IMG/VR virus record: IMGVR_UViG_3300049174_000045
Coordinates: 1 to 40,907 of that record
Reading direction: 5' to 3' (one strand)
Source: a virus
Taxonomy: Duplodnaviria; Caudoviricetes
DNA length: 40,907 bases
Shown: positions 26,032-34,958 of the stretch, one piece after another
Layout: each line of letters starts with the position of its first letter
Numbering within the stretch: the first letter of the stretch is position 1
Notes under the pieces: generated by a model
What the model saw: the letters and a program-made list of their open reading frames with translations, nothing else
Database searches by the model: none
Told to the model about the DNA's origin: nothing
Made by a program: the position numbers and the translations under genes

Positions 26032-29000
26032 ATGGCCGACGATTGGCAGCCGGTTAGTTCCTCGATATCCACACCGCCTGCGCCGCAGACCGGCGATGAC
26101 TGGCAGCCGGTGAGCGCAGCGCCTCCGATGAGCGCGGCCGCGCTTCCGGCTGACGATTTTCGTCCCGTTACGTTCGACAGCCACGACAAGGCACAGCAAG
26201 CCGTCGTGCAAAACACCAGTCTCGGCTCGATCTGGCGGACATTCTCCAGTGGCTATCGCGAGGCGTTTGGCGACGAGCCGCTCGGCATGTCGGACGAGAA
26301 CATTCAGTGGTTCCGCGATCATGGATTTTTCCGCAAGTCTCAATACGGTGAAGGCATCAACGGCGTCTTCCGCGCCTTCAATGAGGGCGTCTTCTACAAT
26401 GGCGCACAGGTGCTCGACTATTTGAGCCGTGGCACCAGGGGCCTGTTTCGTGGTGCCGGTGCGGCAGCATTCGAGGCTGGTGCGCCGCGTGACATCGCTG
26501 GCATCATCGCTGGTGAATATGTACCGGAAGGCGCTTTCGGCGTTCGTTCCGCACGCAACTATCCGCTGCCGCCAACGCCGCGGACTCTTGCCCACGCCCG
26601 CGACCTCGGCGTGATCGGGCCGGAGCGCGCATCGGTTGATATGGCCAAGCCGATCGAGACGGCGGTAGAGGCGGCACGGTCGGGCATCTCGCTTGAGCAA
26701 ATGACCCCATCATTTGATGAGGGAAAACAGATGTTGAGCCAAGCACTCAACGTCTTTGATCAAGGGGAAAAGCGAAGTACTTGGGTTCCCGTACCTGAGG
26801 CAGGTGAGAGTGGATTTGGTATCTATCTCCGTCAAATGAAGCATGGTGATCAGAAAGTTTTAACAATCGCAAATGTCAGATTCGAGCAGCGCGGAACGGG
26901 AGCATTTACAGCATATCTTGATCATTTGGAACGAGAAGCGGCAGCGCGTGGTTACACTAAGATTGAGGCGGAGAATATCGAAAATCCACGCCTTGAGCGT
27001 TTCTTGAGAGATAGAGGCTACAAAGAGGAAGAGGGTTTGCCATCGTTCGGCGGATTGCCAACACTCTCAAAAGAGGTCAAAGATATCCAATCTCGGGAGA
27101 ATTTGCGCAAGCAACTTGAATCTGGCGCCTCGATCAGTGATCTCAATCAGCATCCATATGTTAAGAAAGCGATAGCTGATCAGCAGATACGGCTGCAAAC
27201 TGGAACGCTCGCTGATTTTGAGAATCCGGAATGGCGTGCAGCGCGCGTATTTGATGTTGAGGGTGAGCGCGTCCAAGGTTATGATGCCGCAATTCCAAGA
27301 TTAATCGATCAAGCCAAATCATTTAGTGGTGGTGAAATAGAGAATTTGCGTCACGCAACAATCATCATCGGCCCTCCTGCATCTGGAAAATCTACCATTG
27401 CACAACCTATTGCCCGACAAACTAGATCTGCGCTTGTGGATGCTGACGAAGCCAAGAAAATTATCCCTGAATATCAGGGAGGGCTTGGTACCAGTGCAGT
27501 TCATGAAGAAAGTTCCGTCCTCGCGGCTCATGTCCTTGAAGAACTTGTGGCTCAAGGTGCAAACATCGTCTTGCCAAAAGTCGGAGAGAAGGTGAATCGC
27601 ATTCGCGAAATTTCACAAGGGCTGAAAGAGGCTGGATATTCTGTCGATCTAGTACATGTATCTGTTCCACATGAGGTTTCCGCTCGACGCAATATTCAAC
27701 GATTTCTTGACACCGGACGCCTTGTGCCGCCAGATTATTTAGCTTCGGTCTCTGGAAAAACAAATGAAACCTACCATATCCTCAAAGGAGAGGGACTCTT
27801 CCGTGACACACTCAACATCGATACAACCGCCGGTCGAAAAATCCTCGATGGCGAAGGTCCCCTCTCCGAACTATTCCAAGCAGAGCGAAATTACGGGCCG
27901 GGAACTCGCGAAGGGGATCAAGCGAGCCTTGCAGCGGATCAAGAAGAAATAATCGCTCGGCCCAGTGGGCCCCCGCGCACCATGGCGGCCGAGCGCATTG
28001 GCGATGAAGTGATCCGCGGTCCAGAGCCGGAAGCCAAGCCAAACTCTTGGCGCGAACAGTTCGACCAGTTCGTCGGCAAGATCAAGACTGATCAGGACGT
28101 CAAGGATCTGCTGACCAACGCGGCCGACGAGAATGATAATTTTCCGGCGGCGCGTGAAGGCAAGATCCCGTTGCGACAGGTGGAAAGCCTTGCCGATGCG
28201 GCGGGCGTCGAGCCGACCACGGTCAATCCGGACGGCGTCGGCCGATTGCTGCAGAACGACAACATGGTGCGCAACGCCATGCAGGCCATGCTGCAGGCCA
28301 CCGAGGACGTCAAGGCTGCCGCCCGCGAGGCGCGACTTGATGGCTCAACCGAGAACTTGCAAAAACTCCAAGAGGCTATGCTGCGGCGCGATACATGGGT
28401 CGAGCAGGTCGTTGGCCACCGGGCGGAATGGGGCCGCACCGGCAACGTTTTTCAGGAATTCCTGCAGCGTGTGAAGGACGAGCGATCATTCAGCGACTTT
28501 ATGAAGGATCAGGGTCGCACTCCGGATGGCCTCAAGAAGATCGCCGACGCGCTCGACGGGCTCGATCCGAACCAGATCCCGAAATTCCTGAGCGACGCCA
28601 ACAAGCCGTCGTTTGCAGACAAGGCGTGGTGGTATTGGATGAACGCCCTTATCTCCGGCCCGGTCACCCACGCCAAGTACATGGTTGCGAACGCGGTGTT
28701 TGCCGGTTACGAGGGCGGCCTTGTGACGCCGGTGGCCGGCGCCGTCGGCGCGGTGCGTCGCGGGCTCACAGGCGGCCGTGAAGGGGTGTTTACCGGAGAG
28801 GCTGGTCCGCGGCTATGGGGTCTCGTGGCGGGCGTCCCTGACGCGCTGCAGGCCGCCGTGAAGGCCGTCAAGACCGGCTTGCAGACGCCGCTTCCGGGCG
28901 AGGTGGCTCAGAACATCATCCCGAAGCAGAATGTGGCTTTTGCCTCCAATATCCAGCCGATCCCGGGCTGGTTCGGCAAGATCATCGGCATCCCGAGCCG

Positions 29001-30672
29001 CGGTGCATCCGGCATCCACAGTTTCTTCAATTCACTTGGTTACCGGGCCTCGATCGAAGCGCAGGCCTACAGGCAGGCCGTCAAGGAGGGGTTAAATCCA
29101 GCGCAATCAGGGCCGCCGCCAGTAGCAGATGGTTTGATCCGGTTTTATCATGGCACGAGCTATAAAGACGCCTCTGGATTCACTGGGAAGACCTTCGTCA
29201 CTCCGCATGAGAATTATGCTCGCAACTATCACGGCAGCCAAAACAACGTCCTCTATACTGACTTAACCAAAGATGAGGCCATTGCACGCGGCCTTTATGA
29301 TGAAATCAACAATATCCCGATAAACGGATCGATTGATGATGGTGCAGCGCGACTAAAGCCTCTCGCGCCAGAAACGACGGGCGATAGTTTCTGGCAGCGC
29401 AAGCAGTACTGGTCGAACAACCCCACCCCGGAGATGATGACGCTGGCCAATGAAGAAGGCTACCGGCTGACCTATATCTCCGAGCTCAGCCCAGCCATGA
29501 AAGCGGTCAGCAATGCAGTCCGGAAGGTTCCGGGCGGCCGGTTCATCATGCCGTTCTTGCATATCCCGTTCAACATTCTGACCCGAGCGACTGAGGGCTC
29601 GCCACTCGCCTTCTTGCCGGCCGAGACCCGCGCTGACCTGAAAGGCGCGAACGGTGCCGTGAAACAAGACATGGCGGTCGCGCGCCTGGTGGTCGGCTCG
29701 GCGGTCGGCGCCTGGGCGATGAACATGATCCTCAACGACCGGATGACCGGTTTCGGGCCGACCGACCAGAAGGAACGCGACCAATGGCTCGCGACCGGCC
29801 ACCAACCGTATTCGGTGCGGATCGGTGACTATTGGTACAGCTTCAACCGGTTCGGCTCGATCGGCACTATGTTGGGTCTCTATTCGAACCTCGGCGAGGC
29901 GCTGCCGCATATCAAGCCGGACGCTGAGGAGGCCACCAAGGCGGTCGCCATGACAGTGCATGCCACCGGTCGGCTGCTCGAGGACGAGGTTGGCATGCAG
30001 GGACTCGCCGGTCTGATGGGAGCCATTGACGAACCGGACCGCAAGGGTGCGCGCTACGTGTCGTCCTTCGCGGGCTCCTGGCTGCCATTTTCGTCGCTGC
30101 TGCGGCAGACTGCCAGCGCCATGGACCCGTACATGCGCGAGACAAAATCCGTGGTCGACGGCCTGCGCTACTATATTCCGACCGAGCGGCAGGGGCTCAA
30201 TCCGAAACGCGACTGGCTCGGCCAGCCGATCGCCAACGCTGGCTACGGCGGGGATATCCCGGGCCTGCCCGGAGCATCGGCCATCATCCAACATCGGGCC
30301 GCGGAACCGTCTCCGCTAGCGCTGGAGATGAAGACGCTTGATCTCCATCCGGCGCCGCCCGAGGACCGTATTGCTGGTGTCAAGCTGACGCCGGCACTCT
30401 ATGACCGCTATCAGGCTACCGCAGGCCCGATCACACAGGCCATGCTCGAGCATCTTATGGAAATGCCGAACTGGAATAGCCTGCCTCCTGTGATCCGACA
30501 GGAGGCATTCCAGAAGGCCATCGGCAGCGCCCGCAAGGCAGCGCAGGTCACCATGCAGGTGCAGTATCCCGCGCTGATCCAGGCCGCGGTCGATCAGCGG
30601 ATCAATCATATCAGCGGTGAGCAGCTGTCACGGTCGAAGAAAGCGCCGGCCAGCCTGGAGGGGCTGCAGTAG
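26032..30672 (+). CDS. large polyvalent ejection-type protein with GNAT-like, zeta-toxin-like kinase and ART-like domains
   Basis: DDWQPV repeats; EQRGTGAF..RGY; IIGPPASGKST/DADEAKK/VHEES/TGRLVP; FYHGT..FVT..YARNY; C-terminal PF..IP.NI, QPYSVRIGD, RDWLGQ. Confidence 0.8.
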   Translation: MADDWQPVSSSISTPPAPQTGDDWQPVSAAPPMSAAALPADDFRPVTFDSHDKAQQAVVQNTSLGSIWRTFSSGYREAFGDEPLGMSDENIQWFRDHGFFRKSQYGEGINGVFRAFNEGVFYNGAQVLDYLSRGTRGLFRGAGAAAFEAGAPRDIAGIIAGEYVPEGAFGVRSARNYPLPPTPRTLAHARDLGVIGPERASVDMAKPIETAVEAARSGISLEQMTPSFDEGKQMLSQALNVFDQGEKRSTWVPVPEAGESGFGIYLRQMKHGDQKVLTIANVRFEQRGTGAFTAYLDHLEREAAARGYTKIEAENIENPRLERFLRDRGYKEEEGLPSFGGLPTLSKEVKDIQSRENLRKQLESGASISDLNQHPYVKKAIADQQIRLQTGTLADFENPEWRAARVFDVEGERVQGYDAAIPRLIDQAKSFSGGEIENLRHATIIIGPPASGKSTIAQPIARQTRSALVDADEAKKIIPEYQGGLGTSAVHEESSVLAAHVLEELVAQGANIVLPKVGEKVNRIREISQGLKEAGYSVDLVHVSVPHEVSARRNIQRFLDTGRLVPPDYLASVSGKTNETYHILKGEGLFRDTLNIDTTAGRKILDGEGPLSELFQAERNYGPGTREGDQASLAADQEEIIARPSGPPRTMAAERIGDEVIRGPEPEAKPNSWREQFDQFVGKIKTDQDVKDLLTNAADENDNFPAAREGKIPLRQVESLADAAGVEPTTVNPDGVGRLLQNDNMVRNAMQAMLQATEDVKAAAREARLDGSTENLQKLQEAMLRRDTWVEQVVGHRAEWGRTGNVFQEFLQRVKDERSFSDFMKDQGRTPDGLKKIADALDGLDPNQIPKFLSDANKPSFADKAWWYWMNALISGPVTHAKYMVANAVFAGYEGGLVTPVAGAVGAVRRGLTGGREGVFTGEAGPRLWGLVAGVPDALQAAVKAVKTGLQTPLPGEVAQNIIPKQNVAFASNIQPIPGWFGKIIGIPSRGASGIHSFFNSLGYRASIEAQAYRQAVKEGLNPAQSGPPPVADGLIRFYHGTSYKDASGFTGKTFVTPHENYARNYHGSQNNVLYTDLTKDEAIARGLYDEINNIPINGSIDDGAARLKPLAPETTGDSFWQRKQYWSNNPTPEMMTLANEEGYRLTYISELSPAMKAVSNAVRKVPGGRFIMPFLHIPFNILTRATEGSPLAFLPAETRADLKGANGAVKQDMAVARLVVGSAVGAWAMNMILNDRMTGFGPTDQKERDQWLATGHQPYSVRIGDYWYSFNRFGSIGTMLGLYSNLGEALPHIKPDAEEATKAVAMTVHATGRLLEDEVGMQGLAGLMGAIDEPDRKGARYVSSFAGSWLPFSSLLRQTASAMDPYMRETKSVVDGLRYYIPTERQGLNPKRDWLGQPIANAGYGGDIPGLPGASAIIQHRAAEPSPLALEMKTLDLHPAPPEDRIAGVKLTPALYDRYQATAGPITQAMLEHLMEMPNWNSLPPVIRQEAFQKAIGSARKAAQVTMQVQYPALIQAAVDQRINHISGEQLSRSKKAPASLEGLQ

Positions 30673-30707
30673 GGGTGCGTTGCCGGAAACAGGGCCATCC
30701 ATAGCTT
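30673..30707 (+). promoter_or_regulatory. phage promoter motif copy 6
   Basis: GGGTGCG-TTGCCG-N16-TAGCTT-N7-ATG. Confidence 0.75.
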
Positions 30708-30714
30708 GCCGGGC

Positions 30715-31761
30715 ATGAGAAAGCTCACGCTCGCCTTCGCCGCCGCGCTGGCCGCTTGGCCGGCATTCGCCCAGCAAACCATCATTCTGCCGCCCGACAG
30801 TGTGTATGGCCGTGTAGGGCCGCCAAATTCTGGGCCTGGTGCCGCAGTTGCGCTACAAACCCTCCAAGGTCGTCTGCTCGCCGGCGAGCGGACGATTGCC
30901 GATACGAACTATTCCGTCTCAGCCACGAACGACGCCACGATCCGGGTCTTCGTCTATACAGCGCTGTCGACCGCGCGCACGCTGACGTTGCTGCCTGCGT
31001 CAAGCTACCTTGCCGGGACGCAACTCACGCTGTTTGACCGATCCGGTTCGGCTTCGGGCTCGAATACCGTCTCGATCGCACCGACCGGCGCCGACCTAAT
31101 CAACGGTACGAATGCGACGCTTTCCGGCGCGATCCAGACCGCACTCGGCGGATTTACGATCGAGACGGATGGCGTGAGCCGATGGACCGTCATCGGCAAT
31201 CCTACCACGAACGCGGCGATCCCAAATTCCAAACTGGCCGCGATGCCGGCTGGCACAGTCAAGTGCAACGACACCGGTTCGTCGACCACGCCACAGGATT
31301 GTGTGCATCTCGCGGCCTATTTCCATAAGAACGGCACAAACCAGACCGGAATGTCGACCGGCGCCTATACGCGCGTCACGTGGTCGACCACTAAGTTCAA
31401 CACCACCGGCGCGGCACTGTCATCGAATACTTGGACCGCGCCGATATCCGGCATGATCTTCATGGAAGGATCGCTATTCTGGAATGCCCATGCGGCATCG
31501 ACAGCAAATCCGAATTTCACGGCCAAGTTCATCAAGAACAGCGCGGGTACCTGCAACGGTGCAGATGTATTTGCCAACGTTGGAACGCCGGTCGTGGGTT
31601 TTCCGACCACGGCGATCACCAAGATTTCGGGCATCGATCAGGCCACTGCGGGCGACGTGTATGAACTCTGCGGCTTCGGCACATCTGACGACTCGCTCAA
31701 TGATCTCGGCCTGGATGGCAATCAGGCTCATACCCATTGGTCGGTGGCCTATATCCGATGA
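30715..31761 (+). CDS. tail-fibre-like protein with Sec signal peptide and C1q/TNF-like C-terminus
   Basis: MRKLTLAFAAALAAWPAFA|QQ; RTLTLLPA...ETDGVSRW module; WTAPISG...AGDVYEL. Confidence 0.7.
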   Translation: MRKLTLAFAAALAAWPAFAQQTIILPPDSVYGRVGPPNSGPGAAVALQTLQGRLLAGERTIADTNYSVSATNDATIRVFVYTALSTARTLTLLPASSYLAGTQLTLFDRSGSASGSNTVSIAPTGADLINGTNATLSGAIQTALGGFTIETDGVSRWTVIGNPTTNAAIPNSKLAAMPAGTVKCNDTGSSTTPQDCVHLAAYFHKNGTNQTGMSTGAYTRVTWSTTKFNTTGAALSSNTWTAPISGMIFMEGSLFWNAHAASTANPNFTAKFIKNSAGTCNGADVFANVGTPVVGFPTTAITKISGIDQATAGDVYELCGFGTSDDSLNDLGLDGNQAHTHWSVAYIR

Positions 31762-33686
31762 AAAAATTTGCGCTGCTCGTCGCTATCTCACTTTCGATGC
31801 CTGCACTCGCGCAGCAGAGCGGCATTCCTCCAATTCCATTGCCGGCCAATACGGTGTTCGGCAATCCACAACCTGTCACGGCTTTCGGCTCCGCTATTCC
31901 GCTCCCGCAGTTCTTGTCCCTGATCTTGCCGGTATCAACGTGCGCAGCTAATCAATTTACGATTGCACTCTCGACTAATGGCATAGCATGCGCTCAGCCG
32001 AATTTTGCTGGTCTTGCAGGTTCAATTGGTTCTGGCCAGATCCCGGCGAATATCATCACTAATGGAATGCTGGCGACTGCGACACAGAACACGGTCAAGG
32101 GTGCGGCGACCTCGACGGCAGAAACGGATCTCGCCGTGCCTAGCTGCTCGACTGCCTCCAGTGCGCTGCAGTGGACGACGAACACAGGCTTCGGCTGCAA
32201 CGCACTGAGCGGATTGTGGATTCATTCCAAGACCTTCGCGACCGGCAACGGCTCGACCGACGACACGACGGGCCTGCAGAATTGGATCAATGCCTGCAAG
32301 GCGGTTGATATTTGCTATCTCGATCCCGGGACGTACAAGACCTCATCGGTTCTGACGGTCAACAACTGCATCAACATCCTCGGCGCGGGCCGCAATCTCG
32401 CAATCCTTGCGCCGTCGAATGCCACGCAGGACACGATAGATATCAACACGACCTGCAATTTTGGGTCGTTTCAGGCCTTCTCTATCATTCCATCGGTGAC
32501 CAAGACCGGTGGATCGGCGATCAGCAGCACGGGCTCATCGAGCAATTTGGTGTGGGTGTATCGCGATATCCAGATCGCTATCGATTTCATTGGGATTACG
32601 TTTGTTAACAGCGCCATTTATACGGTCGACAATGTACTGATCACCTGCACTAACACCTGTATCTCGACTGCTGTCACCGGCGACAGTACGATCACTAATT
32701 CAGTCATCCAGCCAGCGGCCACGAACGCCATCGGAGTTGTCATTGCAAACGGTGCCGGATTACGTTTTGTCAATAATAAGATCAATTCGGTTAGCACTGG
32801 ATCGATCGGCATCTCCTGGCAGGGTACCAATGCTTGCACGACATGTTCCGATCTAGTGATCTCTGGCAACAGCATCGAAGTTGTAGGAAACGGAATCCAG
32901 TTCACCAAAACGACAACACCGTCCTTCGTCAATATCTCGATCACCGGAAATCCAGACATCGCGGCGACAAACACTATCGTGATGAACGATACCACGTCGG
33001 GATGGTTAGGAACGATCACCATCAGCGGAAACACGCTGGAGCCAGTTGGCGGTACGGCCATAACCACGGCTGCGTCGGTCAAAAATATTACGATCGGCAA
33101 CAATACGATTACTGGAAGTAGCGGTGCGACGAATGGCATAACGATTGGTACCGGCACGACAGGCTGCATTATCGGTGTCAATCAGTTCTCCGGTGTCATT
33201 ACCAATTTCACGGATAATTCGGGCACCTGTCGCGGCATGAACGGCGGTGCTCTGCTCGGAACCACGACGAACGATAATGCGATAGCTGGAACGCTCGGAG
33301 AATATGTTTCTGCAACATGCGGAACGGCATCCATCACCAATGCTACACAGACGAATTGTACCAGCATTTCTCTGACTGCGGGAGACTGGGACGTTACAGG
33401 CGTGATCGCTTACGCCCCAAATAACGCGACAACGAATATGCAGGACGGGTTTTGCAGCATTAGCTTGACAAGCGCAACTCTTGATCAAAACACCTTTAAT
33501 TTTGCCAGGGTAGCATATGGAACATCGGGAATAGTTCCAGGCTTGAATGTGACAAACGTGATTGTCTGCCCTATACGCAGAGTAAGCATTGCTACCACAA
33601 CAACAGTTTTCGTAGTTGCGTTCGTCGATTTCAGTGTGAGCACGATGAACTTCAACGGTGGAATTGAGGCCAGAAGAAAACGCTAG
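31758..33686 (+). CDS. tailspike-like beta-helix (pectate lyase 3-type) protein with Sec signal peptide
   Basis: MKKFALLVAISLSMPALA|QQ; FATGNGSTDDTTGLQNWIN...YLDPGTY; I-x-G-N repeats; SISLTAGDWDV C-terminal domain. Confidence 0.8.
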   Translation: MKKFALLVAISLSMPALAQQSGIPPIPLPANTVFGNPQPVTAFGSAIPLPQFLSLILPVSTCAANQFTIALSTNGIACAQPNFAGLAGSIGSGQIPANIITNGMLATATQNTVKGAATSTAETDLAVPSCSTASSALQWTTNTGFGCNALSGLWIHSKTFATGNGSTDDTTGLQNWINACKAVDICYLDPGTYKTSSVLTVNNCINILGAGRNLAILAPSNATQDTIDINTTCNFGSFQAFSIIPSVTKTGGSAISSTGSSSNLVWVYRDIQIAIDFIGITFVNSAIYTVDNVLITCTNTCISTAVTGDSTITNSVIQPAATNAIGVVIANGAGLRFVNNKINSVSTGSIGISWQGTNACTTCSDLVISGNSIEVVGNGIQFTKTTTPSFVNISITGNPDIAATNTIVMNDTTSGWLGTITISGNTLEPVGGTAITTAASVKNITIGNNTITGSSGATNGITIGTGTTGCIIGVNQFSGVITNFTDNSGTCRGMNGGALLGTTTNDNAIAGTLGEYVSATCGTASITNATQTNCTSISLTAGDWDVTGVIAYAPNNATTNMQDGFCSISLTSATLDQNTFNFARVAYGTSGIVPGLNVTNVIVCPIRRVSIATTTTVFVVAFVDFSVSTMNFNGGIEARRKR

Positions 33687-33787
33687 TCGTGCATGCGCCA
33701 ATCCCTGCATGCGGGGATAAGCAGACCAAAATAAAATATGATGAACGCTGCGATCACTCCCAGACTTATCCACCACATGGTCATCAT
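33683..33787 (-). CDS. TM micropeptide (CRDWR; not in ORF track)
   Basis: (MMT)MWWISLGVIAAFIIFYFGLLIPACRDWRMHD; GGAGG RBS. Confidence 0.6.
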   Translation of the reverse strand: MMTMWWISLGVIAAFIIFYFGLLIPACRDWRMHD

Positions 33788-33812
33788 CCTCCGTGGTTGG
33801 CGTACAAGATAA

Positions 33813-33932
33813 TCAGCAGCGCCAGATCGAGCATTCGTGCTGAATGGCAACAGGTGTGGCGGCGGTCTGGCTCATCCAGATCGTGGCCACGGCGATCGTC
33901 GATCCAAGTATCAAGCCTGTGAGAATACGCAT
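33813..33932 (-). CDS. 39-aa TM micropeptide (ECSIWRC; not in ORF track)
   Basis: MRILTGLILGSTIAVATIWMSQTAATPVAIQHECSIWRC; paralog at 37087-37215; TTGCGG-N17-TACGAT just upstream. Confidence 0.65.
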   Translation of the reverse strand: MRILTGLILGSTIAVATIWMSQTAATPVAIQHECSIWRC

Positions 33933-33953
33933 AGAGACAAATCGTATATACGA

Positions 33954-33988
33954 GGGTGCGTTGCCGCAAGTCAAAATTTTAGCATTTT
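33954..33988 (+). promoter_or_regulatory. phage promoter motif copy 7 (lysis promoter), overlapping a divergent promoter
   Basis: GGGTGCG-TTGCCG-N16-CATTTT-N6-ATG. Confidence 0.75.
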
Positions 33989-33994
33989 GCTGAC

Positions 33995-34435
33995 ATGAAT
34001 GATCTTATCTGGAAGATTGCCGGCTGGATATTTCTGGGTACAGCCGTTCTCATCATCATCAAACTAGCGTTTGCCCTTGTCGGTCTAGACGCCTTCCATT
34101 TCGGCTCGCTGGTCACGCCGGCCTATGCCCACGACACCGGTCCCGGCTCTTGGATCAACCATCAGGGCCTCAGGAATCCCCGCACGGGCGCGGCATGCTG
34201 CGGCCCAAATGACTGCACACCCCTACCAAAACAGGTAGTACACCGGGTCGGCGGCGGCTTCCTGGTGGAACATCTCGGCTATCCGAATCGGAACGACTAC
34301 GCGCACATGGGGATGGTTTCGGATTTTATCCCAGACAATGAGATCAACCCCTCAGCCGACGACCAGTATTGGCTGTGCCACGGGGCGGACTTCTCGGTCC
34401 GCTGCTTCATGGCTCCCGTGGGACCAAACACATAA
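33995..34435 (+). CDS. exported Cys-rich protein (CCxxxDC...C...RCF)
   Basis: N-terminal TM, AYA|HD, ACCGPNDC, YWLCH...VRCF. Confidence 0.75.
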   Translation: MNDLIWKIAGWIFLGTAVLIIIKLAFALVGLDAFHFGSLVTPAYAHDTGPGSWINHQGLRNPRTGAACCGPNDCTPLPKQVVHRVGGGFLVEHLGYPNRNDYAHMGMVSDFIPDNEINPSADDQYWLCHGADFSVRCFMAPVGPNT

Positions 34436-34448
34436 CCGGGCTTGATCC

Positions 34449-34958
34449 ATGGAACAAAATTTTACTGAATGTCTCAAATTCGTCCTGGCCGACGAAGAAG
34501 GCAACGATGACGACCCGGCTGATCACGGCGGCAGGACATCCCGCGGTATTACGCAACGGGAATATGACGCCTGGCGCACGGAACGCGGCCAGCCGCACCG
34601 GGACGTATGGACAGCCGATGATGGCGAGATCCGCGACATCTACCATGACGAATACTGGCTGCCGATCTGCCCATCGCTGCCGCAGTCGGTCGATTATCTG
34701 TATTTCGATCTTGCGGTAAACGGAGGTCCGTTCCGGGCCACTATCACACTGCAACGAGCTCTTGGCGTGACCGACGACGGGCGTATCGGCCCAGTGACAC
34801 GAGCGGCCATAGCGGCTGCAGATCCCGAGAAATTGATTGTCGATTTTTCTAATGCAAAACGCGCCTTCTATCGATCCCTACATCAGCAGCGTTTTCTGAA
34901 AGGCTGGCTCAATCGCACCGCCAGTGTTCAATCTCGCGCCGAGTCGATGCTTGCATGA
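34449..34958 (+). CDS. endolysin, glycoside hydrolase family 108 with PG-binding domain
   Basis: EEGNDDDPADHGGRTSRGIT, FDLAVNGG, LQRALGVTDDGRIGPVT, FLKGWLNR. Confidence 0.92.
   Translation: MEQNFTECLKFVLADEEGNDDDPADHGGRTSRGITQREYDAWRTERGQPHRDVWTADDGEIRDIYHDEYWLPICPSLPQSVDYLYFDLAVNGGPFRATITLQRALGVTDDGRIGPVTRAAIAAADPEKLIVDFSNAKRAFYRSLHQQRFLKGWLNRTASVQSRAESMLA

Noticed and set aside
26700-29385. Inteins or introns as the cause of the AT-richer inserts
   Set aside because: No intein terminal residues (C/S...HN) or LAGLIDADG/HNH motifs; the frame is continuous and encodes enzyme-like domains
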